A stretch of DNA of 64,000 nt from IMG/VR virus record IMGVR_UViG_3300017963_000190, positions 186,001 to 250,000 of that record. The stretch is one strand, 5' to 3'. Within the stretch, counting starts at the first letter, position 1, and each line of letters begins with the position of its first letter. The position numbers were made by a program, and so were the translations under genes. Below, in pieces: positions 35,111 to 43,851 of the stretch. The notes beneath the pieces are model-generated. The model was given only the letters and a program-made list of their open reading frames with translations. It searched no databases and was not told the DNA's origin.

Positions 35111-35770
35111 ATGAGGAACGTACAGAGAGCTGCAGTAGCAATTGTGGCGTTAGCCCTTGTGGCCGGATGCCCACCACCTGATCCAAACAACCCAGCTAGC
35201 AAGTATCAGCCAGGCTACACGACTGTGACCATTGCTAAAGCGGTGCTCAACGCCGGTTACGCAACTTTCATGGGTGTGGAAGCCAATGTGCGCGAGGGAT
35301 GCACCAAGAAGATCTGCGTTAAGCTGCATCCTGATCAAGGCAGCCAAGCATTCAAGGATTGCATGGGGAAGGATCACTCCGCTGCCCCAGAGTTCAAAAC
35401 GTGTTATGGAAAGATGGCTCAAGCTAAGGCTATCATCGATAAGGTTCATCCTCTAGCAATATCGGTGATCGACGAGGTGAAGGCAGCTTTAGATTTTGTA
35501 GTGCAATATGAAATTGCGAAACTGGCCAAGGAAAATGCGAAAGATCCAGCGAAACTCAAGGAATTCTGCGACAAGGTGTTCCCTGCAAAATCGGGCGAAG
35601 AGTATCAGAAGTGCATCGCTGGTCAGCCATTAAAAAAGGGAGATTGGGACGGCCTCTTGAAAAAGGGATCCTGCTTGGTGTACAATGGTCTGGCCTTTTT
35701 CCCAGATCAGTACGCCAAGTACGTGATGCCTGTGCGTATCTGGTTCAAGGGTTACGGCGGATGTAAGTAG
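35111..35770 (+). CDS. Putative lipoprotein
   Basis: AAGGAGG RBS; VAGC lipobox. Confidence 0.75.
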   Translation: MRNVQRAAVAIVALALVAGCPPPDPNNPASKYQPGYTTVTIAKAVLNAGYATFMGVEANVREGCTKKICVKLHPDQGSQAFKDCMGKDHSAAPEFKTCYGKMAQAKAIIDKVHPLAISVIDEVKAALDFVVQYEIAKLAKENAKDPAKLKEFCDKVFPAKSGEEYQKCIAGQPLKKGDWDGLLKKGSCLVYNGLAFFPDQYAKYVMPVRIWFKGYGGCK

Positions 35771-35819
35771 CCACAACGCCTTCCCTCCGCGATCCAGCCT
35801 TTATGGAAAGAGCGCAACG

Positions 35820-36317
35820 ATGAGCAGTGGGAAAAACACGAGTTGGCACTTTGTGGATGGGGAGCCTCATAAGGGGACTCCAGAAGATTGCGCCAAGTGT
35901 GCTCGTATAAAAAAGCGCGGTGGCTTGACCAAGAGGCAGCTTTCCAAACGTAATGGGCGTCGTGGAGGGAAGGCAAACAATCGAAACGCTACTCGGCATT
36001 GTGCCTGTGGTGCTGTCATTAAAAGCACGAACAAGACAGGAAAATGTCGTAAATGCTGGAACCATTGGCGAAGCAAGCAGAGCCAGTCACAGGTATCCAA
36101 AAAATCTTCTGGCGAAAAATTCTGTGTGGAGTGCGGTAAAGGAGTGTCCGACCAAAATGTGAGCGGTTACTGTGTGAAGTGCTGGAGGAAATCGGCTGCT
36201 TGGAAGAAGACTCGCGATGAACACAGTCGGTGGTTAATTACTATGCGCCATCAGAAAGAGGAGGTAAGAGAAACCGAGATACTGGCTCCTCTTGACAAGA
36301 GTAGGCTGTTGGATTAG
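35820..36317 (+). CDS. Basic multi-Zn-finger protein
   Basis: Repeated C..CG......N.SG.C.KCW. Confidence 0.6.
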   Translation: MSSGKNTSWHFVDGEPHKGTPEDCAKCARIKKRGGLTKRQLSKRNGRRGGKANNRNATRHCACGAVIKSTNKTGKCRKCWNHWRSKQSQSQVSKKSSGEKFCVECGKGVSDQNVSGYCVKCWRKSAAWKKTRDEHSRWLITMRHQKEEVRETEILAPLDKSRLLD

Positions 36318-36320
36318 ACT
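36292..36320 (+). promoter_or_regulatory. sigma70-type promoter (similar ones at 43571, 45871, 49547, 51550, 52567, 63239)
   Basis: TTGACA-17 nt-TAGACT. Confidence 0.65.
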
Positions 36321-36333
36321 CCTTAACGTTTGT

Positions 36334-36409
36334 TGCGGAGTAGGGAAGTCAGGCCGTTCCCGCCGGGCCCATAACCCGGAGATCGCAAGTTCAAATCTTG
36401 CCTCCGCTA
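36334..36409 (+). tRNA. Initiator-type tRNA-fMet(CAT)
   Basis: 1:72 mismatch; three G-C pairs in the anticodon stem. Confidence 0.85.
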
Positions 36410-36543
36410 TTTTTCCCGAGGAGAGTTTCTCGTGGATCCCAACTATAAAGCCGTCGCTAACGCCGGATTTAATGCATGGTTAGAGTCGCTGCCAGCGGAT
36501 GATTGGGGAGACTCCTTCGATAATTGGGTACCTGTATATTGGG

Positions 36544-36828
36544 ATGAAGAGAAAAGTGAGTGGGTGGAGGGAGAAAGGCCAGAAAGTGAAGAGTAGAGCT
36601 TACAGGCGAGCTCAGCGGCAGCGTTTATGGAAGAAGCGCCAAACGTACTACGGCGGCTGGGTGGCTAGGCATGCCTACGGTAAGATGTTCATCGATACGC
36701 CTAAGAGATGCTCCTGCTCAGGTTGTAGTCAGAACTGGGAGCGTAAGCACATGGGACGAGTAACACGGCAGGAAGAGATCTCAGAGCTACGCATGCAGGA
36801 GCAGCTCCTTGAAGAGGGGATCGGATGA
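36544..36828 (+). CDS. Basic hypothetical protein
   Basis: TPKRCSCSGC...TRQE; start uncertain. Confidence 0.5.
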   Translation: MKRKVSGWREKGQKVKSRAYRRAQRQRLWKKRQTYYGGWVARHAYGKMFIDTPKRCSCSGCSQNWERKHMGRVTRQEEISELRMQEQLLEEGIG

Positions 36829-37391
36829 ACGTCTACTTGGTGATAGGTCACTTTGCCTGCTTCGGGGATGACTGCTTATGGAATGTGGCAGTTTTTACGG
36901 ACAAGGAACGGGCAGAGAGCTGGTGCGCTGAGGCCAAGAAGTTTGCTGATCGGATATATGCGTTGTGCGAGAAGAGTTGGGAGGGTCACGCGCATGCTAC
37001 GTCTGTTCCGCAAGAGTTCGGTGATCTCTACCACAAAATGGACATGGATTGCATAGGGGATGAGAGTAGCACCGAAGAGGATCTCAAGGCCTCGATGACC
37101 GAGTGGGGTCGGTTGCAGGATATGTTCAGGTACAACCTGAACCCATTTGATCACAAGGATTCTGCTATGCAATGGATACGCGAGCGCTGTCCCATCGAGT
37201 ACCGTGTCCACGATTTTGAGCTCGATCCTCCTTTACCGCAAACCCTCCACCAAGAAATCACTCCAGAAAACACGCCGCTTCTGGCTAGACAAGTCGCCGA
37301 GGCCGACTATAAAAAGCTCCAGGAGTTGTGGGATCTTTCTCCGGAGCAACGCTTCGAGACGTACGACCCGGAAAAAGACGACGACTTCTAG
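36825..37391 (+). CDS. Hypothetical protein
   Basis: ATGA overlap. Confidence 0.6.
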   Translation: MNVYLVIGHFACFGDDCLWNVAVFTDKERAESWCAEAKKFADRIYALCEKSWEGHAHATSVPQEFGDLYHKMDMDCIGDESSTEEDLKASMTEWGRLQDMFRYNLNPFDHKDSAMQWIRERCPIEYRVHDFELDPPLPQTLHQEITPENTPLLARQVAEADYKKLQELWDLSPEQRFETYDPEKDDDF

Positions 37392-37393
37392 TT

Positions 37394-37468
37394 GGGGGTG
37401 TGGTGAAGCCTGGAGTTCACGCGGCGTTGTCAGCGCCGAGGCCGCGGGTTCGAATCCCGTCACCCCCG
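37394..37468 (+). tRNA. tRNA-Asp(GTC)
   Basis: Cloverleaf; G73. Confidence 0.9.
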
Positions 37469-37554
37469 TAGGGAAGCTTTCCGCCAATTCACAAGTAGTT
37501 ACTTTAAACAAAGGCAACTACGTTAGCCTCAGCCACTTGTGAATTGGAGGCACC

Positions 37555-37659
37555 ATGTTTATTGTTGGTCTCACGATTGTTGGTCTGTGTTTGCTGCTCA
37601 CCATCGGAATGCTCTTCTACGCTATCAGAGACAGAAGAAATCCACCTCATATGTTGTAA
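37555..37659 (+). CDS. 34-aa single-TM peptide
   Basis: GGAGG RBS; MFIVGLTIVGLCLLLTIGMLFYAIRDRR. Confidence 0.55.
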   Translation: MFIVGLTIVGLCLLLTIGMLFYAIRDRRNPPHML

Positions 37660-37670
37660 AGTAAGATTGT

Positions 37671-37744
37671 GGCGCGGTAGGCAAGCGGTTTAAGCCACCG
37701 GCCTTTCACGCCGGTCATCGCGGGTTCAAATCCCGTCCGCGTCT
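37671..37744 (+). tRNA. tRNA-Glu(TTC)
   Basis: Cloverleaf. Confidence 0.9.
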
Positions 37745-37760
37745 TCAGGAGGCGAAAGCA

Positions 37761-37967
37761 ATGTCTGATGAATATGTAGAGGTTTACGTTGATGAGGTGG
37801 TGGCAGAGACCGACGAAGCCATCTTGATCAAACCTTTTATCGACGAGCCCTTTGAGGCATGGATCCCTAAAAGCTGTATCAGCAAGGATTCGGGGGTGCG
37901 CCATAAAGGCGAAGGCGGCGTCTTGGAGATCAAGGAATACATGGCTGAAAAGAAAGAGCTCATCTAG
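37761..37967 (+). CDS. Small acidic phage protein
   Basis: AGGAGG RBS; ETDEAIL...WIPKS. Confidence 0.65.
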   Translation: MSDEYVEVYVDEVVAETDEAILIKPFIDEPFEAWIPKSCISKDSGVRHKGEGGVLEIKEYMAEKKELI

Positions 37968-37975
37968 GAGCGATC

Positions 37976-38326
37976 ATGTATTATTTGATCCATCCGGTCG
38001 CTCCTGAGGGCATCGAGACACCAGATTCCAATGTGGAATCGGCCCTCACCTACTTGGACTACTTGGTGCGCGAGCTCAGCCTTCCAGTAGCCGCTCCATG
38101 GGTACCTTACGTAATGCTCTACGGGAATAGTCCAGAGCACCGAGAGGCATGCTTAGAGAACTCCATCAAGATGCTTAAGCGCTTTGACGGAGTGATTATG
38201 GTGGGGCCACGGTTCTCAGCGGGCATGCGCGCAGAAGCGAGGGCAGCTATGGAAGCCGGCAAAGAAGTAATCGACGCCATCGGCACATGGGATCACTTCG
38301 TCGCGGTGTTTCGCGAATGGCTTTAG
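37976..38326 (+). CDS. Nucleoside 2-deoxyribosyltransferase-like fold protein
   Basis: MLKRFDGVIMVG...SAGMRAE...A...GKEV. Confidence 0.6.
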   Translation: MYYLIHPVAPEGIETPDSNVESALTYLDYLVRELSLPVAAPWVPYVMLYGNSPEHREACLENSIKMLKRFDGVIMVGPRFSAGMRAEARAAMEAGKEVIDAIGTWDHFVAVFREWL

Positions 38327-38329
38327 TCG

Positions 38330-38515
38330 ATGGCCGTCCTCGCCTGCGTTACAAACTGGAGATGTCCTTCATGTGGGGAGGAGTCTCTGGACAATGATCC
38401 ATGGGAAGGACCTGTGTACTGGGCAATGCCGGTCGATTTGCCTGTGTGGTGCTTCCTTTGCGGCTGGATGGGTACCGTCGGTGATCTTTCTGGAAACACG
38501 GAATTCAAATTTTAA
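38330..38515 (+). CDS. Small Zn-ribbon protein
   Basis: CPSCG...CFLCG. Confidence 0.5.
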   Translation: MAVLACVTNWRCPSCGEESLDNDPWEGPVYWAMPVDLPVWCFLCGWMGTVGDLSGNTEFKF

Positions 38516-38588
38516 GGGGCTGTAGCTCAGCTGGGAGAGCGCTAGAATCGCACTCTAGAGGTCAGGGGTTCGATCCCCCTCAGCTCCA
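38516..38588 (+). tRNA. tRNA-Ala(CGC)
   Basis: Cloverleaf; G3-U70. Confidence 0.9.
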
Positions 38589-38604
38589 AATCGGATTACG
38601 CTAT

Positions 38605-38856
38605 ATGGTATTGTCAAGTAAGATGTATGAATCTTTGGCAGGTCGTACTGTTCGCCTTTTGCGCGCGTATACCGTCGAAGAAGATTGCCTACCTTCAGCT
38701 CCATTTAAATTCAGCATTTGTCTTCCCAAAGGATTACGGGGCACCGTGATCAAAGTGGTCATGATTCCAGAATCTAAGGTATTCGTGGACTTCTCTATCG
38801 GCGAGACAAAAATTCAATGCTGGATCCCCAAATTACTCACCGAACTTGTAAAATAG
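38605..38856 (+). CDS. Hypothetical SH3-like protein
   Basis: LPKGLRGTV...VFVDF. Confidence 0.45.
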   Translation: MVLSSKMYESLAGRTVRLLRAYTVEEDCLPSAPFKFSICLPKGLRGTVIKVVMIPESKVFVDFSIGETKIQCWIPKLLTELVK

Positions 38857-38890
38857 CTGGTAGTAGTTCTAGCTCACAGGAGAACCAGCT

Positions 38891-39202
38891 ATGCCAGAGG
38901 ACAGAAAATCAGACTTAGTAGAAATCGGGGCACTGTGGATTGGGGAAACGAAGACGGGGGAGATGTATCTCAACGGGAAAATGGGTAGAGCCAAACTGCT
39001 CGTGTTCCGCAACAAGTTCAAGGACACAGATAGGCATCCAGACTACAAGGTCTACGTCACCAATCCTGAGCGTCAAGATCAAGATCGAGCGCAGCCGCCA
39101 GCAGACAAGTTCCAGCAGTCTATGACATCCCCGCAGCAAGATAAGAAGTCCGATAGCCACGTTCCACCAGACGAGGATCCCTACGACGAGATTCCATTCT
39201 GA
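38891..39202 (+). CDS. Small protein with SSB-like acidic C-terminal tip
   Basis: IGALW...YLNG...N..K....HPDY; ends in DEIPF. Confidence 0.65.
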   Translation: MPEDRKSDLVEIGALWIGETKTGEMYLNGKMGRAKLLVFRNKFKDTDRHPDYKVYVTNPERQDQDRAQPPADKFQQSMTSPQQDKKSDSHVPPDEDPYDEIPF

Positions 39203-39214
39203 GGTGCAATCATC

Positions 39215-40129
39215 ATGCTCGATCGTATTAGAAAAGCCTTTCGCGAGAACGTCTACACGCATCTTATCAACGACGATCGTCTACCCAACAAAAAGAAGGG
39301 GTCGGTGTGGCGCCACGGACGTTTGTACATTCGCCCTCGCAAAGAAAAGAGGCTGAAGCTCACGAACAGATCTCCAGAGGCACATGTCAGCTGGGCGCTT
39401 CTTGGGGCTGCTCATCATTTGTGCTTCCACATTCGCCTGGAGTCTCCAGGTGGAGAAGATGACATCAGCATTTCCGGTGGCATCCCGTACCTCTTCTACT
39501 TAGGAGGAAGTGTAGAGGGGCTAGTACCGCAGGAGGTCAAGCAGTGGATCGGTCTCTACAATCCAGGCGCCAAGACAGGGGACGTCTATATTGACAGGTC
39601 CATTGGCTGGTCGATTCACGACGGCACTGCTTGGATTTCCATCTGGGAAAACGATAACGGGTGGAGCAGTAGAGACCCGAAGTGGTGGAAGTTCAACTTT
39701 TCCATCAACCCTCTAGATCTTCTGGGCCGCAAGAAGTACACTAGCGAGGTCGTCGAGGAGAAGACGGTGGCCATCCCGATGCCTGAGGGAAGCTACCCAG
39801 CGAAGATTAAGTTGTGTGCAGATACATGGGCACGTCCGCGCTGGCCTCGTTGGCCGTTCTCGGAAACCATTTTGCGCATGCACGCTGATATGGTCAAACC
39901 CATCCCCACTCCCGGTAAAGGCGAAAATTCTTGGGATTGTGGTGACGATGCGGTGTGCGGTTTAACAGCTCCCGCGCGCACAATGGAAGAGGCGGTAGGT
40001 AAGCTAGTAGCTACTGCTTTGCAGGACAGGCAGCGTTACGGTGGAAGCCACGAGTTCACACCGCGGGATCCACCTCCTGATGAAGCCACAGAAAATGCGC
40101 CGGTAGAGATGAAGAACGCCGATGCCTAA
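39215..40129 (+). CDS. Hypothetical phage protein
   Basis: 304-aa ORF with GAGGT RBS. Confidence 0.7.
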   Translation: MLDRIRKAFRENVYTHLINDDRLPNKKKGSVWRHGRLYIRPRKEKRLKLTNRSPEAHVSWALLGAAHHLCFHIRLESPGGEDDISISGGIPYLFYLGGSVEGLVPQEVKQWIGLYNPGAKTGDVYIDRSIGWSIHDGTAWISIWENDNGWSSRDPKWWKFNFSINPLDLLGRKKYTSEVVEEKTVAIPMPEGSYPAKIKLCADTWARPRWPRWPFSETILRMHADMVKPIPTPGKGENSWDCGDDAVCGLTAPARTMEEAVGKLVATALQDRQRYGGSHEFTPRDPPPDEATENAPVEMKNADA

Positions 40130-40212
40130 GACGATGCGCGATTTATTACTGGGCTTCACTGTAGGCGCGGTGATCTTCTCTGTTCTAGCGTTGACTCTAG
40201 GATACTGTTACC

Positions 40213-40395
40213 ATGGCTGAAGAAAACGGACATGATTGGATCACCAACGGGCTCGAACAGGCAGTCCCATTCACAGGCCCACAGCCAGATGATGAACCAC
40301 GGGTAGAGCATGTTCCAGAGGACCTGGCTAGCGTAGCGCGTGATGCGGGTATGCTCATTAATCCAGCAATTGCTAGGCACGGGAAGCTAGCTTGA
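40213..40395 (+). CDS. Hypothetical protein
   Basis: Co-oriented small ORF. Confidence 0.4.
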   Translation: MAEENGHDWITNGLEQAVPFTGPQPDDEPRVEHVPEDLASVARDAGMLINPAIARHGKLA

Positions 40396-40832
40396 CCGTG
40401 GGGATAGGGTCTAAACGAAAACGCCTTAGGCGCTTAAAGGCAAAGTACGGTGGTCCAGGGCTGCTACCAGCAGGAGAAACGAAAATGAAATTGAAGTATG
40501 GTGGTTCAGGTGTACCTCCTACAGGACCGCATCCCAATCCTCCTCGTCCGAAACCGCGCCCGGATTCTCACAAAGAAGACGCTTGCAAGTGCTCCAACGA
40601 CTGCGGTGCTACAATAGCTGCCCTGAAGATGCTTGCGCAGTCCCTGGAACGAGAAAATGAATTTCTGCGCGACGAGCTCAAGCGGCTGCGCGAAGGAGCC
40701 CCAGAAAATTGGGTCCACCTAGGCCAAGGTGGGGAGTACGTCCGCAATTTGGGGGATCCTTTGTGGGAGCGCGGCGAGTTCGTGTGTGAGTATAAAGAAC
40801 CAAAAGAACCAGGAGAATCCGATGACAAGTGA
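40392..40832 (+). CDS. Hypothetical protein with coiled coil
   Basis: ORF; start uncertain (ATG at 40485 has an RBS). Confidence 0.5.
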   Translation: MTVGIGSKRKRLRRLKAKYGGPGLLPAGETKMKLKYGGSGVPPTGPHPNPPRPKPRPDSHKEDACKCSNDCGATIAALKMLAQSLERENEFLRDELKRLREGAPENWVHLGQGGEYVRNLGDPLWERGEFVCEYKEPKEPGESDDK

Positions 40833-41928
40833 TAACGGGGGCCTGAATTTCAACGAGATAAAGCTCACAGCAGAAATAGTTTTCAGAAAGAAAAGCGGAG
40901 CCATCATCGACCTCAGCGATCCGGATTTTTCGGGCTCCAATTTTTTCAAGGCGTGGCATGAAGGGGTTGTTTGGCGTGATATCGAGTTAGAGTTAACAGG
41001 CGCAACGTGGGAAGATCTTACTTCTTACGTTCGTAGTGTTTCCCTCTCGTCCAACCCCATAACGCTCTTTGAGCTGCTGGAGAATTTCTGCACCCCCATC
41101 CAGGAGTGCGTGCTCTCGCTCAACGAGCAGCTCAATCTCGTTCATCGCTTTCTAGACAATCAAAGTCTTCCGCCAGAAGGTATTCCTGTAATTAATCTTG
41201 AGGGCAAGGAACAGGTTGTGTGGACTACCAACGGCTTGTCCGATGGAACGGTGGTTGAAGGAACCCTTCCAGCCAATAAGCTGTATCCCTACGTATACCC
41301 TGTGGACAGCACCTTCATTATGGATCAGATGGAGCTCTTCAAAGAGGATATTTCTGTGAAGGAGCTCTTCCACAAGGTTGTTCTCTGCATGTTGAAGGTG
41401 GCTACCAAAGACAACGCTACCTTATGCTTCATGCTGGACCAGGCAGCAGAAGCGCAGGGGCATCGTTATGCAGCCGAGCAGCTATCGCCAGCATCAGTGC
41501 AGTATCTTCGGCATGAGATTGAAAAGTGGCAGCTACCGGCCCCGCAGATGCTGGTCACCCCCAGAGCCGTGTCTGAGCTCCTGGGGGATCCAGACCATAT
41601 CCGGTTCATGGATTTGGTAACAAAAATGGAGCTCTTCTCGCGAGGTATTGTTGGGCGATGGGGCGGCATAGAGCTCATCTGCGTGGGGTCCAACTACGAT
41701 AGTTTTGTGGAGTATGGCAGCCACTCAGAGGCGATGTTGTGCACTGCGCCCTCCTCTTTGGGGATTAGGCAGGTGCGTGTTCCGTTGCTGGTGCACCCAG
41801 TCATCTTGCCGCCACCTACCACGCAGAAGACACCACCCGAAAAAGTTGGGTGGTATGTGTATCAAAAGGTCACCACCAGCATCCTTCAGTCTCGTGGTGT
41901 GGCCACCTGTACGCGTTTGAAGAAGTAG
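40822..41928 (+). CDS. Protein with C-terminal major-capsid-like (HK97 P/A-domain) region
   Basis: EIEKWQL...MLVTP...ELFSRGIVGRWGGIEL...P..LG...VR...VGW pattern recalled from jumbo-phage capsid proteins. Confidence 0.5.
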   Translation: MTSDNGGLNFNEIKLTAEIVFRKKSGAIIDLSDPDFSGSNFFKAWHEGVVWRDIELELTGATWEDLTSYVRSVSLSSNPITLFELLENFCTPIQECVLSLNEQLNLVHRFLDNQSLPPEGIPVINLEGKEQVVWTTNGLSDGTVVEGTLPANKLYPYVYPVDSTFIMDQMELFKEDISVKELFHKVVLCMLKVATKDNATLCFMLDQAAEAQGHRYAAEQLSPASVQYLRHEIEKWQLPAPQMLVTPRAVSELLGDPDHIRFMDLVTKMELFSRGIVGRWGGIELICVGSNYDSFVEYGSHSEAMLCTAPSSLGIRQVRVPLLVHPVILPPPTTQKTPPEKVGWYVYQKVTTSILQSRGVATCTRLKK

Positions 41929-41940
41929 GGCGGCACACAC

Positions 41941-42186
41941 ATGGAACACAAATACTACTGTGCAGTTATCGTCAACGAGCATGACAGGAAGCCACGCAAC
42001 TGCCTTTTCAAGAGCGTGTTCCCTCCTTTGTGGGTTGTTGGTTCTTATTCCAGTGGTATGTGGGCCACGCAGCGCTTTATTCTTTTGAATTTCTGGGAAA
42101 TTTCTGAAGAGCATTATCTCCAGTTTCCCTCAGAAATGAGAGATTTTGCGGAGAGCACGTGGCAGCGCAGGAACGAAGCTCTATAG
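41941..42186 (+). CDS. Hypothetical protein
   Basis: Co-oriented ORF. Confidence 0.5.
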   Translation: MEHKYYCAVIVNEHDRKPRNCLFKSVFPPLWVVGSYSSGMWATQRFILLNFWEISEEHYLQFPSEMRDFAESTWQRRNEAL

Positions 42187-42195
42187 GTCGTTACG

Positions 42196-42402
42196 ATGCC
42201 CCTTTACGAGTACCTTTGCAACAGCTGTGGTGAGCTCACCGAGCATGAGTGCAAGATGGCTGACCGTCCCAAGCAGGTGCGCTGCGAGCACTGCAGCTCG
42301 ACGAACACGCAGCAGCTCATTTCCGGTACCAGCTTCATGCTAAAAGGCGGTGGCTGGGGTTCCTCTGGGTATTCATCCGGAGGAAAGAAAAAGAGGAAGT
42401 AG
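42196..42402 (+). CDS. FmdB-family zinc-ribbon protein
   Basis: MPLYEYLCNSCG...CEHC...LIS..SF.LKGGGW...Y. Confidence 0.85.
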   Translation: MPLYEYLCNSCGELTEHECKMADRPKQVRCEHCSSTNTQQLISGTSFMLKGGGWGSSGYSSGGKKKRK

Positions 42403-42645
42403 ATGTCCTACGATGTCAACGGTAAAGTGGGGTATGAAGTTAAGTACTGCTCCAATTGCCTGGCAGCTGGTATATTAAGTGAGGTGCGTGGTGAGATTAC
42501 TCCGTCAGCCTTGCACAAGTGCGAAGCGTGTGGTTTCACGCATGGTGGGTTTAAGGCTGCCAGAGCTAAAGAGTTTCTGCAGAGGAAGATAGACATCCTC
42601 CAAAGCGCTATGGCCCAGCTAAATAAGAATGACCTCGGATCATAA
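42403..42645 (+). CDS. Zn-ribbon protein
   Basis: CSNC...CEACG. Confidence 0.5.
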   Translation: MSYDVNGKVGYEVKYCSNCLAAGILSEVRGEITPSALHKCEACGFTHGGFKAARAKEFLQRKIDILQSAMAQLNKNDLGS

Positions 42646-42829
42646 GAAAGCACCCGGACCTAATGGCCGCATTATGCTGCGCCTTCCTAAGTCTCTACAC
42701 AAGAAGTGCGTGGAGCTTGCCAAGCGGGAAAATACGAGCCTCAATCAGTTTATCTTAGGTGCCGTTGCTGAGAGGGTGGGCGCTACTCAGATGTACCACG
42801 AGCTCGCAGATCGGTTAGAGCAGAAGTAA
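42629..42829 (+). CDS. HicB-like ribbon-helix-helix protein
   Basis: GRIMLRLPKSLH...AKRENTSLNQFI. Confidence 0.8.
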   Translation: MTSDHKKAPGPNGRIMLRLPKSLHKKCVELAKRENTSLNQFILGAVAERVGATQMYHELADRLEQK

Positions 42830-42888
42830 GTCTTCTTGACATCTCGCCTTTTTCTGCCATTAGTCGTGAAGGTTTATACAAAATACGA

Positions 42889-42959
42889 GGGTTCATAGTT
42901 CAATGGCAGAACGAGTGGCTGTTAACCACTAAGTCCCAGTTCGACTCTGGGTGAGCCCG
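42889..42959 (+). tRNA. tRNA-Asn(GTT)
   Basis: Cloverleaf; G73. Confidence 0.9.
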
Positions 42960-42962
42960 CTA

Positions 42963-43031
42963 GGCCCTTCTTGTAGCTCAGCTGGTAGAGCATGGGACTC
43001 CGAGGTCGTGGGTTCGAGTCCCACCTGGCCC
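42963..43031 (+). pseudogene. tRNA remnant lacking an anticodon arm
   Basis: Canonical D arm and T arm joined by tgggactccg. Confidence 0.6.
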
Positions 43032-43067
43032 GCTACTTATGTCGAGGCGACGCGCGAGGAGCCGTTG

Positions 43068-43322
43068 ATGAGTAGATCACGCAAACGAAGTCGGGTAGTA
43101 GTAATCGTTCGAGGCAGTCTTGGCAGGCTTTTCCGACGTAGGGCGAACAAGGCTATGCGTCGGCGCACGAAGCTAGCGCTTGTTCGAGGTCGATATGAGC
43201 ACGCTCCCAGGCGGCTTGAGGAGGTAAGCGATATCTACGATTACAAGGACTGGAGTCGTTACGTAACCAGTGAGGACTCTGAGAGCTTGCACCGTGCGCT
43301 CAAGAAGCAGATGCGGAAGTAA
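43068..43322 (+). CDS. Small basic protein
   Basis: GAGGAG RBS; MSRSRK. Confidence 0.6.
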   Translation: MSRSRKRSRVVVIVRGSLGRLFRRRANKAMRRRTKLALVRGRYEHAPRRLEEVSDIYDYKDWSRYVTSEDSESLHRALKKQMRK

Positions 43323-43396
43323 CGGGCGGAGGGCTTGAAGGTAAGCCGCCTGACTGGGGGTCAGGAGTTGTGCGGGTTCGACTCCCGCTCGCCCGA
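43323..43396 (+). tRNA. tRNA-Pro(GGG)
   Basis: cctga-ct-GGG-gg-tcagg; atypical D arm. Confidence 0.8.
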
Positions 43397-43406
43397 TAGG
43401 TACTTT

Positions 43407-43479
43407 GGTGCCGTAGCTCAGCAGGTAGAGCAGTGGACTGAAAATCCACGTGTCGGTGATTCGACTTCACCCGGTACCA
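43407..43479 (+). tRNA. tRNA-Phe(GAA)
   Basis: Cloverleaf. Confidence 0.9.
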
Positions 43480-43484
43480 CTTCG

Positions 43485-43558
43485 CGGGGAGTAGCTCAGA
43501 CTGGAAGAGTGCTCGGTTCGGATCCGAGAGGTCGCAGGTTCAAGTCCTGTCTCCCCGA
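43485..43558 (+). tRNA. tRNA-Pro(CGG)
   Basis: Cloverleaf. Confidence 0.9.
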
Positions 43559-43851
43559 TTTCTTCCTACCTTGACATCGTCATCCATTCAGCTTATGCTC
43601 TTACCGATTCTGAAGAGGCAGGCGCAACAGCTCTTCGGAAGTTGGCAGCTGGGGGCGCCACTCCGCTGCCGCCCTCTTGTTTATGGGGTGCGTTATGTGG
43701 GACACCTTTGAGGATGGTTACCGCGACGCTTCGGGGGGTTGGCCTCCGAGGGGGTACAAAGAGGATTACAAGCGCGGGCGCGCAGCGTGGCACAAGGAAG
43801 CCAGGAGACGGCTTCTTGCTTCTTTAGATCCTACTAAACCAAAGCACATAT

